From a virus, in IMG/VR virus record IMGVR_UViG_3300034073_002951, positions 7,092 through 71,091 of that record: 64,000 nt of DNA; one strand, given 5' to 3'. The notes below the pieces were generated by a model. That model searched no databases, was not told the DNA's origin, and was given only the letters and a program-made list of their open reading frames with translations. A program made the position numbers and the translations under genes. This document shows positions 1-9,836 of this stretch, piece after piece (the first letter of the stretch is position 1; the number at the start of each line of letters is the position of its first letter).

Positions 1-1006
1 GGACGGGTTTACGAGTAGACATTGCACCAATAATACGACCACCCCAACCTGCGGAACTATCGTATATGTGAAGTGGTTCATTTTGGTCAATATGACTTGT
101 GTATTTCTCATATATCCACTTTGCTGTAAGTGCAGGAAAGTTTACTGCTGGTTGTCCACAACTTAATCTGAACACTTGGTGTATCTTTGGAAAGAGTAAA
201 TCGGTTGTCTCATACCATCTTATCAAATAGTAGTATTGTCTAACTTTACCCGATTTAAGGGTTTCGGTGTCTACAATTCTACCCAAGTTTGATATGTGTC
301 GTTTGGTAAGGAAACCTTCTCTGTAAAGTTCGTGGACTTGTTCGGAAGTTAGGTATAAAAGACCTTCTTTTGTAAAACCCGTATCAGGGTTGATTTTGGT
401 TTCTTTGGACTTCGCCAATACAATGTCATTATCTTTCCACTTACCGACAAATACTTTCCCCTCGTGAACATCTTTGATAAACTGAACTCCACGTTGTCCA
501 TCCCAAAATGGATTGTCATCTTTGTTATTCGTAACAGACCGAGACCATGAATACATACTATCTCGTTTGACCGCACGTTTCATTATCTTAATGAAGTGGT
601 CTTCTAATTGAGGGTCAGAGAAATGGTCGTATATACTTAACCCACCTTCACTTGATTTACCAATAGAAATCTTGGTTTTCAACATTGTGGGGAAGAATTG
701 ATTGACAACGGAAGCGTCTTTATTGAAGTTTTGTATTATACCCAAACTCTCCCCATCACCACTTGTATCTTCTTCCCAAAAGTTACAGTCATTACTACGA
801 AGTTTCTTAAATGAATCAACCATATCATCTCTATCCTTACCGATGACAGGGGGTATACCATCATTATCCCATTGCTGAGTCACCTCTTTACGTAAAAGTC
901 TTGCCCACTCCACAAACTCCTCTTCCGTTAGTTGGAGGAGTTTATGGTAAGTGGTGTTAGACTCAAACTTGGAAAAATTAGATCGTTCGTAGAAAAAATT
1001 TGACAT
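1..1006 (-). CDS. SAM-dependent DNA methyltransferase-like protein (3' end outside window; missing from ORF track)
   Basis: Manual translation from ATG at 1006 (TAATG overlap with the clamp stop) is open to the window edge: MSNFFYERSNF...NFPALTAKWIYEKY...IYDSSAGWGGRIIGAM. The D-x-SAGWG-x-R SAM-binding motif matches that of 22694..23911. Confidence 0.75.
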   Translation of the reverse strand, partial: MSNFFYERSNFSKFESNTTYHKLLQLTEEEFVEWARLLRKEVTQQWDNDGIPPVIGKDRDDMVDSFKKLRSNDCNFWEEDTSGDGESLGIIQNFNKDASVVNQFFPTMLKTKISIGKSSEGGLSIYDHFSDPQLEDHFIKIMKRAVKRDSMYSWSRSVTNNKDDNPFWDGQRGVQFIKDVHEGKVFVGKWKDNDIVLAKSKETKINPDTGFTKEGLLYLTSEQVHELYREGFLTKRHISNLGRIVDTETLKSGKVRQYYYLIRWYETTDLLFPKIHQVFRLSCGQPAVNFPALTAKWIYEKYTSHIDQNEPLHIYDSSAGWGGRIIGAMSTRKPV

Positions 1007-1719
1007 TAATTAGAAATTTCTACCAAATAGTAATCTGCATTATAACCATCTACATCAAAGTGAATGTGAGATAGTCCTTGGGAAGAAATGTTGAGAGTTG
1101 CGTTAGATGCTTCTTTGTTAGCTACCAAGATTTCTTTAAGGTAAGTAGCTGAGAACGAGATTGGACTTACTTCACCATCACATTCCGCATCCACGTCAAT
1201 AGTAATTCGGTTAGTATTAATATTAGAATAACCAATAACAATTTGTGACTTACCGTCTTTGCAAATCAAAGTGAAGGTATTTTCATCAGAAAGAGCACCT
1301 TTTGCACGAATAAACTTGTTGATGAATGTTTCGTCAAGTTTAATACGGACATTGAATTCAGGAAGTTGTTTCAAGTCAGGAACATTCGGAATAACTGAAA
1401 GGTCAGCTAACATATAATTTACCGAAGTTGAACCATCTTTGAAACGAAGAGAGACAGGTTTTCCATCCATGTCTTGAATTGAAAAGTCTACATCATCACC
1501 CAATACCGCTAACATCTTGGTAAGTTTAGATGTATCGTATACACCGAATGTGGAAGAGTCATAATTAAAATCTGTCATGGATACTTTACCCAAAACCGAT
1601 TTATCTTCGGAGATAAAAGAGGTAGATAGAATATTGTTATCGATAGACCACTTGACAGACTCTACCAAACCTGCAAGATTGTATTTACTAACGAAACGAT
1701 TGAGTTTTTGTTTTTCCAT
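1006..1719 (-). CDS. DNA polymerase sliding clamp (gp45/PCNA-like)
   Basis: 237 aa with clamp-like size and pattern (FGVYDTSKLTKMLAVL, FSATYLKEIL, C-terminal YYLVEI); lies downstream of PolB. Confidence 0.7.
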   Translation of the reverse strand: MEKQKLNRFVSKYNLAGLVESVKWSIDNNILSTSFISEDKSVLGKVSMTDFNYDSSTFGVYDTSKLTKMLAVLGDDVDFSIQDMDGKPVSLRFKDGSTSVNYMLADLSVIPNVPDLKQLPEFNVRIKLDETFINKFIRAKGALSDENTFTLICKDGKSQIVIGYSNINTNRITIDVDAECDGEVSPISFSATYLKEILVANKEASNATLNISSQGLSHIHFDVDGYNADYYLVEISN

Positions 1720-1752
1720 ATGTGTTTTTTTGGAGTTTATAGTTATGTTTTA

Positions 1753-1781
1753 AAGATACGAAGTTTTTTTGAAAATGTCAA
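1753..1781 (-). promoter_or_regulatory. sigma70-type promoter TTGACA-N17-TATCTT upstream of clamp gene
   Basis: Exact -35 hexamer and 17-nt spacer; the same architecture recurs at 7 or more gene starts. Confidence 0.75.
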
Positions 1782-2851
1782 ATAATTCCAATTTTCATTT
1801 TGATTTTCTCTTCACTACTATAATGAATATTACGTTTATCAAAAATTCCATTAAATTTATTTTGAATTCTTCTTAAAAATTCAAATTCAGCCTCAACACT
1901 CAATCTTTCTAAAAGAACATTTGTAAAATATCGTAAAAAAGTATGAGATTTAAAAGATGAAAAGTGAGTTATTTTTTGGTTTTGAATCAAATATTCATGA
2001 AATCTATATCGTAGAGATTCATAGTCATCGAGTTGATTTTCAATATTAAATTCAAATGAAATACCATCAACTATTAAATTTTTTGGCTTATTTGTTTCAT
2101 ATTCTGTAATTGTTAGAGGAGTTTTATTAGATATTTGTTGAACATTTGAAATATTAAGTTGTATCAAATCCGTATCTAAATTATCATATTCTGAATTTAC
2201 TGTTTTTAATGCAGGTATCATCAGTAATTGTTCTATTACACAAGCGTTGTAATAATCCGAATCCCAAATACCTTGATTTTTTTTGTATAATTTTAATAAA
2301 AATTTTGAAGCTTTTGAAATTGACTTATAATCATATCCACCAAATACACACATATTTGGAACGTAACTAAAATCAATTTTTCTCTTAATAGTTTCGTCTA
2401 ATAAATCAGGAAATTTAGAAAATAATGATACATATGTTTCAAAAAAATTTAGATAGTTTTCAAAAGTTCTTGATTTATTGTAGGTAATGCTTTCTTTAAA
2501 TGGTAATTGATCTGGATGTGAAAATAAGACATTTGGTTCTTTTTCTGTAATTTTACCAAATAAAAAAGTATCGTGATCTATATGAAAAAAAGGTTCTGTT
2601 TGTTTAGAAAAAGTATATATTTTTGGAATTGCAAAATTATACCCAACATATTCATCCAACGATGTATCTATACTATCGTATGGTATTTCAAATCTTTTAA
2701 TATATTCTGAAATTTTAGAATCAGTATATAGATGTATATTTCCATACTTTTGTTTTGCCAAAGCAACTGATAAAAGAATAGATTTAAAATTATCTAATCC
2801 TAAAAACCAATCACCTGATGTTGTATTTTTTAAGGTATGTATAATTTTCAT
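1778..2851 (-). CDS. DUF6734-like / GT-A glycosyltransferase-like protein
   Basis: LYTD, A-x-PKIY...QTEPFFHIDHD (DxD), N-x-x-VFGG, IEQ motifs; very AT-rich. Confidence 0.55.
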   Translation of the reverse strand: MKIIHTLKNTTSGDWFLGLDNFKSILLSVALAKQKYGNIHLYTDSKISEYIKRFEIPYDSIDTSLDEYVGYNFAIPKIYTFSKQTEPFFHIDHDTFLFGKITEKEPNVLFSHPDQLPFKESITYNKSRTFENYLNFFETYVSLFSKFPDLLDETIKRKIDFSYVPNMCVFGGYDYKSISKASKFLLKLYKKNQGIWDSDYYNACVIEQLLMIPALKTVNSEYDNLDTDLIQLNISNVQQISNKTPLTITEYETNKPKNLIVDGISFEFNIENQLDDYESLRYRFHEYLIQNQKITHFSSFKSHTFLRYFTNVLLERLSVEAEFEFLRRIQNKFNGIFDKRNIHYSSEEKIKMKIGII

Positions 2852-3484
2852 TTAAAATGTATAATTAAAATTGTTTAAATCATCTTTATAAAACTCTTCC
2901 ACAATTTTTTTTGTTGAAGAGTTATAATATGATTTATAATCATCTCTTTTGGTTTCATTAAACTTTGGTAGATTTCTATCTAAATTAAACTTTTTAGATA
3001 TATACTCCCATCCCTCATTAATATTTTCAAATCGTATTATGTAATCTACACAAATTTTGTCATTTTTGTACAACCAATACGAAAGTGGATATAAGATAAA
3101 AAATTTTTTATGATAGTTGTAAAAAGAAGTGCTATTTTTATAATTTTGAACTTCAAAAACAAATTCTTCAAAGCTCAACATTTCATTTTTTTTCCCAAAA
3201 ATAATACCATTATTTGTCTTTGAATAAACTATTGAGAAATTTTCTCTAATACAATAATGATAAACAGATACTAATCTGTCAAATGGATTACGTATAGATG
3301 TAAACTTAAAATAATTCGAAAGGGAATTACTTAAAAAGTTTTTATTCAAAGGATGTATGTTTAATGCGCTTTTCTCATTATTTGATAAAACTGAACTAAT
3401 GCTCGTACCACCCGTTCTTGGAATATGAACAAATATTAATTTTTTTTGGTGGTCGATATTTTCTATATAATCGTACTCAATCAT
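2852..3484 (-). CDS. Sulfotransferase family 2 (carbohydrate sulfotransferase-like)
   Basis: 5'-PSB motif FVHIPRTGGTSI and 3'-PB motif RNPFDRLVSVY. Start moved to ATG 3484, just after the PolB stop. Confidence 0.8.
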   Translation of the reverse strand: MIEYDYIENIDHQKKLIFVHIPRTGGTSISSVLSNNEKSALNIHPLNKNFLSNSLSNYFKFTSIRNPFDRLVSVYHYCIRENFSIVYSKTNNGIIFGKKNEMLSFEEFVFEVQNYKNSTSFYNYHKKFFILYPLSYWLYKNDKICVDYIIRFENINEGWEYISKKFNLDRNLPKFNETKRDDYKSYYNSSTKKIVEEFYKDDLNNFNYTF

Positions 3485-3485
3485 A

Positions 3486-5996
3486 CTAAAAACTAAAAAA
3501 CTTTTCTGCGTTTCTTTGTTCACTAATAACCTCACCCCAATTAAGAGCATCATAAAAGTCTTGAAGTTTCTTCAACAACTCTCGGGCAAAGATTTTATCG
3601 TGGTCAACATAAGTATTGATAAAACTCATAATTTGTGGTGGGTCATTATCACCGTGGAATGCAAGGGACTCCAAACCAAGTGGATTGTCTTTTAGATAGA
3701 CCCACTTTACCTTGTCTCCATTTTTCATCGGGTTATACTTGAATGGAACTTCATAGTGTTTCATCAGAGCGTTATAAGAAAGAGCTGCTTTTACGTGAGC
3801 GGGTGTTGATTTTTTAAACTCAAAAAGAGATGTAGTGTTTTTGATTTGATATTTGGATATCTCTTTGACTGCTGAATTCCTTGCAACATCAACAACAGAA
3901 AGACCACTCATACCTTTTTTGAAATTTAGAATGGTATCACTTACCGAATCTTGACTTTCACCTTTAAGAATGTCTATAAGAACTTTGGACATTAACTTTT
4001 GGAACGCCTTGGGAAATGATGACCTTACGACATCCAACCCTTTAACATCCAATCTATCCATAGGAATACCGTTTTCTGCGATAATCCATTGTGCGTATCT
4101 TTTCTTTGCAATCCAAATACCACTACGAGATACAAACTCTTTCTTAATCTGTAATCTATGTTTTTGAACATTAAAGAACTTATCGCAAAGGATATCGTAA
4201 AACTTGTTTAGATAATCTTGCATTTCGCCTGCAATTCCATCTACCAACTGAGCAACTTCTTCATCTGATTTTCTCTTCCAATCAGAGTGACGATGGTCAA
4301 GAAGTGGTACTGCGGAAAAGAACACGGAGTCAGTATCAATATAGATGTTGGAGTCTTTATCAGGTGTACCCAACTCCTTATTATATTTGATGTTTCCCAT
4401 GTTTGCTGTATTCTTAATCACATCTTGACCTGTGGTAGTAACAGCCTCTGCGTTTTCACGGTCATAGAAACGGAAAGCAGGAAGACCCAATACTCCATAC
4501 AAAGAGTTAAGAAGGATTTTCTGTACCAACTGCCTTTTCTTGTAGAACGCGTATTGTTCTCTGTCTCCTTCTTCACCGTATTTCTTTTCCAACTTACGGA
4601 ACTCAACCCTCTTTTGAAACCAATCATCAAGAATACCAGGAATACAACCAACCTTGTCTTTTCGGTAAAGAACCCCGTTGGAAGAAACTGAAAAGTCACT
4701 TTCCTTAATCAACTTTTGTAGGTTGTCTTTCGTAATACGATCATCACCGATAAAGTAATCTTCTACCTCACCCTTTAACCACTTTTGGACATCCCAATTC
4801 TCAATCTTACCGATTTTGGTTTCGGGTGAAATGTTAAGGGTCATAATGATGGACGGATACAGAGAGGTCAAGTCCAAGTCATATACCCAATCATACTTAC
4901 CGACAATCGGGTCTTTTACATACGCACCAATGAACTTCTCTTGGTTGTTGTCACGTATCTCTTGCATCCTTTCTTGTCTGTCCGCTGGTTTGTTGGACGC
5001 TACCAAGTTTTGTCTACGAAGGTAAGTAAGAAGTGCACCCTCCAAGTATTTGGACGAATATACAAAGTCTTCGTATGGAACATGACCAACATGACAAATA
5101 CCACGACAGAGGTCTATGAATTGAAGTTTGTTTTCCAATCCTACTACCAACTCTACGTCAACCAAGTTATACTCAATAAACTTGTCTATATCATCACGGA
5201 AAAGGGTGTCTAACGACCCTGCGTACTCAATCTTACCCTTACCTAACTCAATAAGAGATACGGTGTCTAAACGATAATTTGGAAGTTCTGAGTAATTGTA
5301 ATTCTTGTAAAGAGCAAGGTAATCCAAACAACTCACACCTGCGAAAAACCAACGATTTCGGTAAGGAGAATAGAAACACTCCCCAATCGGAGAAAGGCGT
5401 TTTGCGTGTCTTTCACCCAATATGTTTTTAATTCGGTTGTAAAGGTAAGGAACGTCAAAGTTGTCTATATTCCAACCTGTAAGAATGTCGGGTTGTATTC
5501 CTTCATACAAATCCAAAAACTTTAAAACCATATCTCGTTCGTCTTGGAATGGAAGAACAACAGCCTTGTCAGTTTTACTTGACTCCATTTTACCTTCCTT
5601 GTCCATAACGAGCACATAATACTCATTGGAAAGATTATCATGGAAACCGATAGCGGTAAGTTCATTATGACCTTCTTGTGGATTTGGTAGTCCACTCTCC
5701 ATCTCCACCTCAATATCAAAGGTCATCGTCACTACTCCCTCACTCGGAAGGTCGGAGTCGGGGTATGTGTCTATAAGAACACGAGTGGTTTCAGGTACAT
5801 CTGACTCAAATAGATCAGGGTCATCTTTCTTAAACTTGTATATCTTGGTTAGTCGGTCTCCATAGATAGAGGTATACTCTCCCTTTTCCGCTTTCTCATA
5901 CGCGTACCGAGTATATGGAAATGTCCTGTACCCCAACTTGGAATCCCAAAGGTGGACAAGATTTCGTTCTCGTTGGTAATAAACGTTCTTATAAAT
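3486..5996 (-). CDS. Family B DNA polymerase (gp43-like) with 3'-5' exonuclease; probable ATT start
   Basis: ExoI FDIEV, ExoII GWNIDNFD, motif A DLTSLYPS, motif B KILLNSLYG, motif C YIDTDS. The frame is open upstream of TTG 5936 to ATT 5996, which has GGAGG 7 nt upstream. Confidence 0.95.
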   Translation of the reverse strand: MYKNVYYQRERNLVHLWDSKLGYRTFPYTRYAYEKAEKGEYTSIYGDRLTKIYKFKKDDPDLFESDVPETTRVLIDTYPDSDLPSEGVVTMTFDIEVEMESGLPNPQEGHNELTAIGFHDNLSNEYYVLVMDKEGKMESSKTDKAVVLPFQDERDMVLKFLDLYEGIQPDILTGWNIDNFDVPYLYNRIKNILGERHAKRLSPIGECFYSPYRNRWFFAGVSCLDYLALYKNYNYSELPNYRLDTVSLIELGKGKIEYAGSLDTLFRDDIDKFIEYNLVDVELVVGLENKLQFIDLCRGICHVGHVPYEDFVYSSKYLEGALLTYLRRQNLVASNKPADRQERMQEIRDNNQEKFIGAYVKDPIVGKYDWVYDLDLTSLYPSIIMTLNISPETKIGKIENWDVQKWLKGEVEDYFIGDDRITKDNLQKLIKESDFSVSSNGVLYRKDKVGCIPGILDDWFQKRVEFRKLEKKYGEEGDREQYAFYKKRQLVQKILLNSLYGVLGLPAFRFYDRENAEAVTTTGQDVIKNTANMGNIKYNKELGTPDKDSNIYIDTDSVFFSAVPLLDHRHSDWKRKSDEEVAQLVDGIAGEMQDYLNKFYDILCDKFFNVQKHRLQIKKEFVSRSGIWIAKKRYAQWIIAENGIPMDRLDVKGLDVVRSSFPKAFQKLMSKVLIDILKGESQDSVSDTILNFKKGMSGLSVVDVARNSAVKEISKYQIKNTTSLFEFKKSTPAHVKAALSYNALMKHYEVPFKYNPMKNGDKVKWVYLKDNPLGLESLAFHGDNDPPQIMSFINTYVDHDKIFARELLKKLQDFYDALNWGEVISEQRNAEKFFSF

Positions 5997-6014
5997 GACT
6001 ATACCTCCATAATT

Positions 6015-6437
6015 TTATAGTTCTGTTGTAAAATAAGTAAGGAGAGCTTCGGTTTTCGTCTTTTCCCACAATTTCTCATCTATACACACACCCAAGTTCT
6101 TACCGATTTGGTATCCACGGTCCCAAGCATCCACTTCATTCAAAAATTGACCCATCAAAAACTCTTTTGGTTTTTCATCCCAATCAACCAACTTGTATTT
6201 GTTGGCACCTGTATAGGTAGCAGGTTGAAAAACATGACCAACTTCGTGTAAGAGAGAATATAGACCATTCTTGTTAAGGTCAAAGTTGTGGTGGATAAAG
6301 ATTTGTCGGTTAAAGTGACCTGTGAATAAAGTTGAGTTGGATAGGGAAACTTTTACTCCCTTTTCTTTAAGTATGTAGTCACATACTTTTTGGAAGTCTT
6401 TCGGAAACCGTCTTTGTTTGAATTTGTACTTACCCAT
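6015..6437 (-). CDS. Hypothetical protein with HExxH metallopeptidase motif
   Basis: LLHEVGH motif and downstream NEVDAW. Confidence 0.55.
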   Translation of the reverse strand: MGKYKFKQRRFPKDFQKVCDYILKEKGVKVSLSNSTLFTGHFNRQIFIHHNFDLNKNGLYSLLHEVGHVFQPATYTGANKYKLVDWDEKPKEFLMGQFLNEVDAWDRGYQIGKNLGVCIDEKLWEKTKTEALLTYFTTEL

Positions 6438-6484
6438 TTTTTAAGTAGATTTGATTAAGGTATTGTCTCTCATTATCTACTTGT

Positions 6485-6513
6485 AATATACTCAATTTTT
6501 TTGTTAAAGTCAA
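6485..6513 (-). promoter_or_regulatory. sigma70-type promoter TTGACT-N17-TATATT (HExxH gene-polB unit)
   Basis: Consensus-like hexamers with 17-nt spacer. Confidence 0.7.
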
Positions 6514-7367
6514 GAGAAATCAAAAGGATTTTTATCTAATTCATAATTAATTGCCACGAAATGAATTGCATTACTATCAATTGATGTCATTCTATCTCTA
6601 TACTGTATTGAATATCTGTAATCATATTCACCTATTATATAATCTTTATAAAGTTCGTATGTAAATTCATCTTTGTTTAAAATCAAAAGAGATTTAGATT
6701 GACCTGTCTTAAACCACTTTGATAACTTAATGTGCTCATCTTCACCAAATTGACCATATGGGGAATAATTTTGAAATTTTCTCGTATATGGGGGGTCTAA
6801 AAAAGTAAAGTCATTTTTTGTTGATTTTTCAAGAGTGTCATTCCAATCTTGATTTTTTATTTCTGTATTATCCAATAATTGACACAATTCAGGTGTTATT
6901 TGTATTCTTTTTATATTTTTATACCACCCGAAAGGAACATTATAATTTCCTTTTTTTGAAAATCTTAACATACCTGAAAACGATAGTTGTCTCAGTAAAT
7001 AAAATTTTAAAGATTGTTGATAAGTATCATTAAATTCATTATCTCTATAGTAGTAATAAAAAGTTTGTCCTACTTTTTCAAAATCAGACTTGCTAAGTTT
7101 ATCTTTATCAATGCTATTATACTCATCAACTACTTTGTTTATAAACTCAACAATGTCATGTTTAAAGGTTTTTATACTTTGATAAAATTCAATCAATTCA
7201 GTAAAATTGTCAGATATGGTATTTTTGTTATGATTTAAATTAAACCAAAACGCACCACCACCTATAAAAGGTTCATAATATCTATCAAAGCATTTAGGTC
7301 TATATTTGTGTATGATTGGAATTTCTTTTGACTTCCCACCACTCCACTTAATTATTGGCTTCATCAT
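6510..7367 (-). CDS. dam: Dam-family (D12 class) N6-adenine DNA methyltransferase
   Basis: KPIIKWSGGK, YYEPFIGGGA (motif I), FLDPPY (motif IV), YNVPFG. Confidence 0.9.
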   Translation of the reverse strand: MMKPIIKWSGGKSKEIPIIHKYRPKCFDRYYEPFIGGGAFWFNLNHNKNTISDNFTELIEFYQSIKTFKHDIVEFINKVVDEYNSIDKDKLSKSDFEKVGQTFYYYYRDNEFNDTYQQSLKFYLLRQLSFSGMLRFSKKGNYNVPFGWYKNIKRIQITPELCQLLDNTEIKNQDWNDTLEKSTKNDFTFLDPPYTRKFQNYSPYGQFGEDEHIKLSKWFKTGQSKSLLILNKDEFTYELYKDYIIGEYDYRYSIQYRDRMTSIDSNAIHFVAINYELDKNPFDFS

Positions 7368-8085
7368 ATTTTTGTACTATCTTTCTGTATTCCTCTATTA
7401 TAAATTTCTCGTTTTCCTTTTGGTCTTTTTTTCTATACTCAACAATAAAGTCAAAATTCAAACCTATTAGATTACAAAACTCTTTACCTGTTGTTATATA
7501 ATCCTCTACTTCTTCTGATTTGAAATTGGAATTATCTCCATCATCTAAATTGAAAAGAGTTATAATGTTTTTATAATTAGTATGTTCGAGGAATTTTTCA
7601 ATCAATTTGAACATTCTAATTTCACCATCCGACTTTTTAGTATCGAAGTCATGACCATCTTTAACCTCGACTATATAAATTACACCATTATATATGATGA
7701 TTGCATCAATTTCGATGTTCTTTTTACTTTTCAAATCAACACCAATTGACTTGAAATCATCTCTACTTATTCTTAAGTTTGGAAAATAACAGTTTTCACC
7801 CTTTTCATACTTTTCCAATACTCTATGTATCGTGGGGGTTGTGCCTTCAACTTTGATGGGATTTTTAAGTTTATTACCAGTTTTGGGTGAAATATAGGTA
7901 TATTCTGTTTTATAGACAGGATATGATACGAAAGATACAATTACTCTCTCCAATTCATTACCATTAGAAATAACTGTGGAATGTATTCTTTGAGACAATC
8001 TAGCTATATCTTCATTACCAGTAAGTCTGTAATAACCACTATTTTTGATATCTGATTGTGGATTTGAATTTTTTATAAGAGCCAT
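7348..8085 (-). CDS. Putative type II restriction endonuclease (PD-(D/E)xK)
   Basis: GNELE...EIDAII...IVEVKDG catalytic pattern; overlaps the Dam MTase gene. Confidence 0.6.
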   Translation of the reverse strand: MALIKNSNPQSDIKNSGYYRLTGNEDIARLSQRIHSTVISNGNELERVIVSFVSYPVYKTEYTYISPKTGNKLKNPIKVEGTTPTIHRVLEKYEKGENCYFPNLRISRDDFKSIGVDLKSKKNIEIDAIIIYNGVIYIVEVKDGHDFDTKKSDGEIRMFKLIEKFLEHTNYKNIITLFNLDDGDNSNFKSEEVEDYITTGKEFCNLIGLNFDFIVEYRKKDQKENEKFIIEEYRKIVQKYDEANN

Positions 8086-8129
8086 ATTATTTTAGTTTGT
8101 TTAAAAGGGTCAAATGAATTAACTACTAA

Positions 8130-8158
8130 AATATACGAAACTTTTCGGTAAATGTCAA
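8130..8158 (-). promoter_or_regulatory. sigma70-type promoter TTGACA-N17-TATATT (R-M pair)
   Basis: Consensus hexamers, 17-nt spacer. Confidence 0.75.
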
Positions 8159-8166
8159 GTTTTTTT

Positions 8167-9000
8167 TTAAAATTTATAGATACCACCAATATTCCAAAAA
8201 AGCATATCTCCTTCTAATTTGTCTATATTATGTTCCAACCAATGCCATTGCTTGATATCCCAAAACTGATTACAGGGAAAGGGAGCACTATATTCACTTA
8301 ATCTATTATCAAAGTCATATTCTGATTTTCTTACATCAATCGGTAAATGACCCACTCCACTTTTCTTTAACATTTTTTGGATTGAACTTTCGGTGGATAC
8401 ACAAGTTGTCCATACCATTTTATCGGTGGATGGAAAAAATTGATTTAACTCATCTTCATAATACCCCATCATAAGACCCGAAAGAGTTACACCACTTCCA
8501 CTTGATACTACCAAGTTTTTAAAGTTCTTGTAAGGTTGTATTCTTTCTTTTAAGTAGTTACGATAAAAGTCATGGTCGAATGCATAAGGTAACATTTGCC
8601 ATCCATTTTCTTTTGCTTGTTTCTTTAATGAGTTATACATAATACTCATCATATTTGGTCTGATAGGGTTCATATGAACTTCGGGGTACATTTCTTTTAT
8701 CATACCCAAATACTCTTGTGAAATCTTTTTGGAGTTTGGATACGAAACATGAAATTCAATTCCCAAATCTCTACAAATTGCTGAAAGTACCCAACCTGTC
8801 CAAGAACCATCTACGGATAAGTGAGTAAGTGGTTTACTTCTATCTACATACTTTTTAACTAATTCGTAAACCCCACCAATCTTTCCCCAAGGTGGTAAGT
8901 TAACCCCATCACCCATTAAGTCATCTCGTTTTACCCAAACTGACCTACCTTTTATTTTATATTCTTCTAACGGGGTATTTTCGTTAAATCCTAAAACCAT
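8167..9000 (-). CDS. PLP-dependent enzyme, fold type II (ACC deaminase/D-cysteine desulfhydrase-like)
   Basis: VWVKRDDL...PPWGK (Schiff-base Lys region), SSGSGVT phosphate loop, C-terminal LFWNIGG. Confidence 0.7.
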   Translation of the reverse strand: MVLGFNENTPLEEYKIKGRSVWVKRDDLMGDGVNLPPWGKIGGVYELVKKYVDRSKPLTHLSVDGSWTGWVLSAICRDLGIEFHVSYPNSKKISQEYLGMIKEMYPEVHMNPIRPNMMSIMYNSLKKQAKENGWQMLPYAFDHDFYRNYLKERIQPYKNFKNLVVSSGSGVTLSGLMMGYYEDELNQFFPSTDKMVWTTCVSTESSIQKMLKKSGVGHLPIDVRKSEYDFDNRLSEYSAPFPCNQFWDIKQWHWLEHNIDKLEGDMLFWNIGGIYKF

Positions 9001-9836
9001 ACATTTTTATTTCTTTGAAGATGAGCAAACTGAACTTCACCATTTAAACATTCATCAATCACTTTTTTTAAGTTTTCTGCAAAAGAAGAATTAACATACC
9101 CACCCAATTTCCCGTTTTCCATCGGTTGATTATAACACCACGCGGTATGTTCGGTATATCTAATATTTTTTTGTTTAGAAAGTAATTCTCTACCATCGGT
9201 TACTAACATATCAAAGACACCAAATTTTATTTTTCCATTAGAAGACATTTCAAGTAAAGCTGAATTATCAAACAATTCCCCTCTTGATAAGGATATGAAA
9301 TTTACAGGTTCCTTTACATACTGAAAAAAGTTTCGGTCAAAATAATTCTTCGTTTTATCGGTAAGAGGTAAGGTTGAAACAATTGTTTTAGCCCAACTAA
9401 TAAGTTCCTGTATCTCTTCTTTTGGAGTAGAACTATCTACTACTTTAAAATCATTCAACTTTGATTGTAACTTTCGTGATATTGCACCATTACCAAAAAT
9501 CAAAACATTTTGGTCATCTAATATTTTGTCTTTAATCCAATTAGCACAAGGAACGGATGTTGGTGAAAGAGCAACGACACCAATATTTCTTCGTTTACAC
9601 TCATCCAAATTTACCATATCTACACCATGAGACCTACAAACTACCCATTCTAAATTTTTGTATTTATCAAAGGTAGTTTTACCAACTTTACTAAACTTAA
9701 CAGACAAGACTTTTATGTTGTCTGCTATTTTTAGATTTGGTTTTTCGTAAGCACCTAAAATATTAGAGGACGGTAACCTCTGTAATACGGTTGGTGTTAA
9801 ATCCGCTTTGTCTTTTAATAAAACTTGTTGGTACAT
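8991..9836 (-). CDS. D-isomer-specific 2-hydroxyacid dehydrogenase-like NAD(P)-binding protein
   Basis: RSHGVDMVNLDECKRRNIGV, GNGAIS Rossmann motif, LPLTDKTKN, SRG, EHTAW. Confidence 0.75.
   Translation of the reverse strand: MYQQVLLKDKADLTPTVLQRLPSSNILGAYEKPNLKIADNIKVLSVKFSKVGKTTFDKYKNLEWVVCRSHGVDMVNLDECKRRNIGVVALSPTSVPCANWIKDKILDDQNVLIFGNGAISRKLQSKLNDFKVVDSSTPKEEIQELISWAKTIVSTLPLTDKTKNYFDRNFFQYVKEPVNFISLSRGELFDNSALLEMSSNGKIKFGVFDMLVTDGRELLSKQKNIRYTEHTAWCYNQPMENGKLGGYVNSSFAENLKKVIDECLNGEVQFAHLQRNKNVWF

Noticed and set aside
349-576. 75-aa minus-strand ORF in the track
   Set aside because: It lies out of frame within the longer methyltransferase ORF running from 1006 off the window edge.
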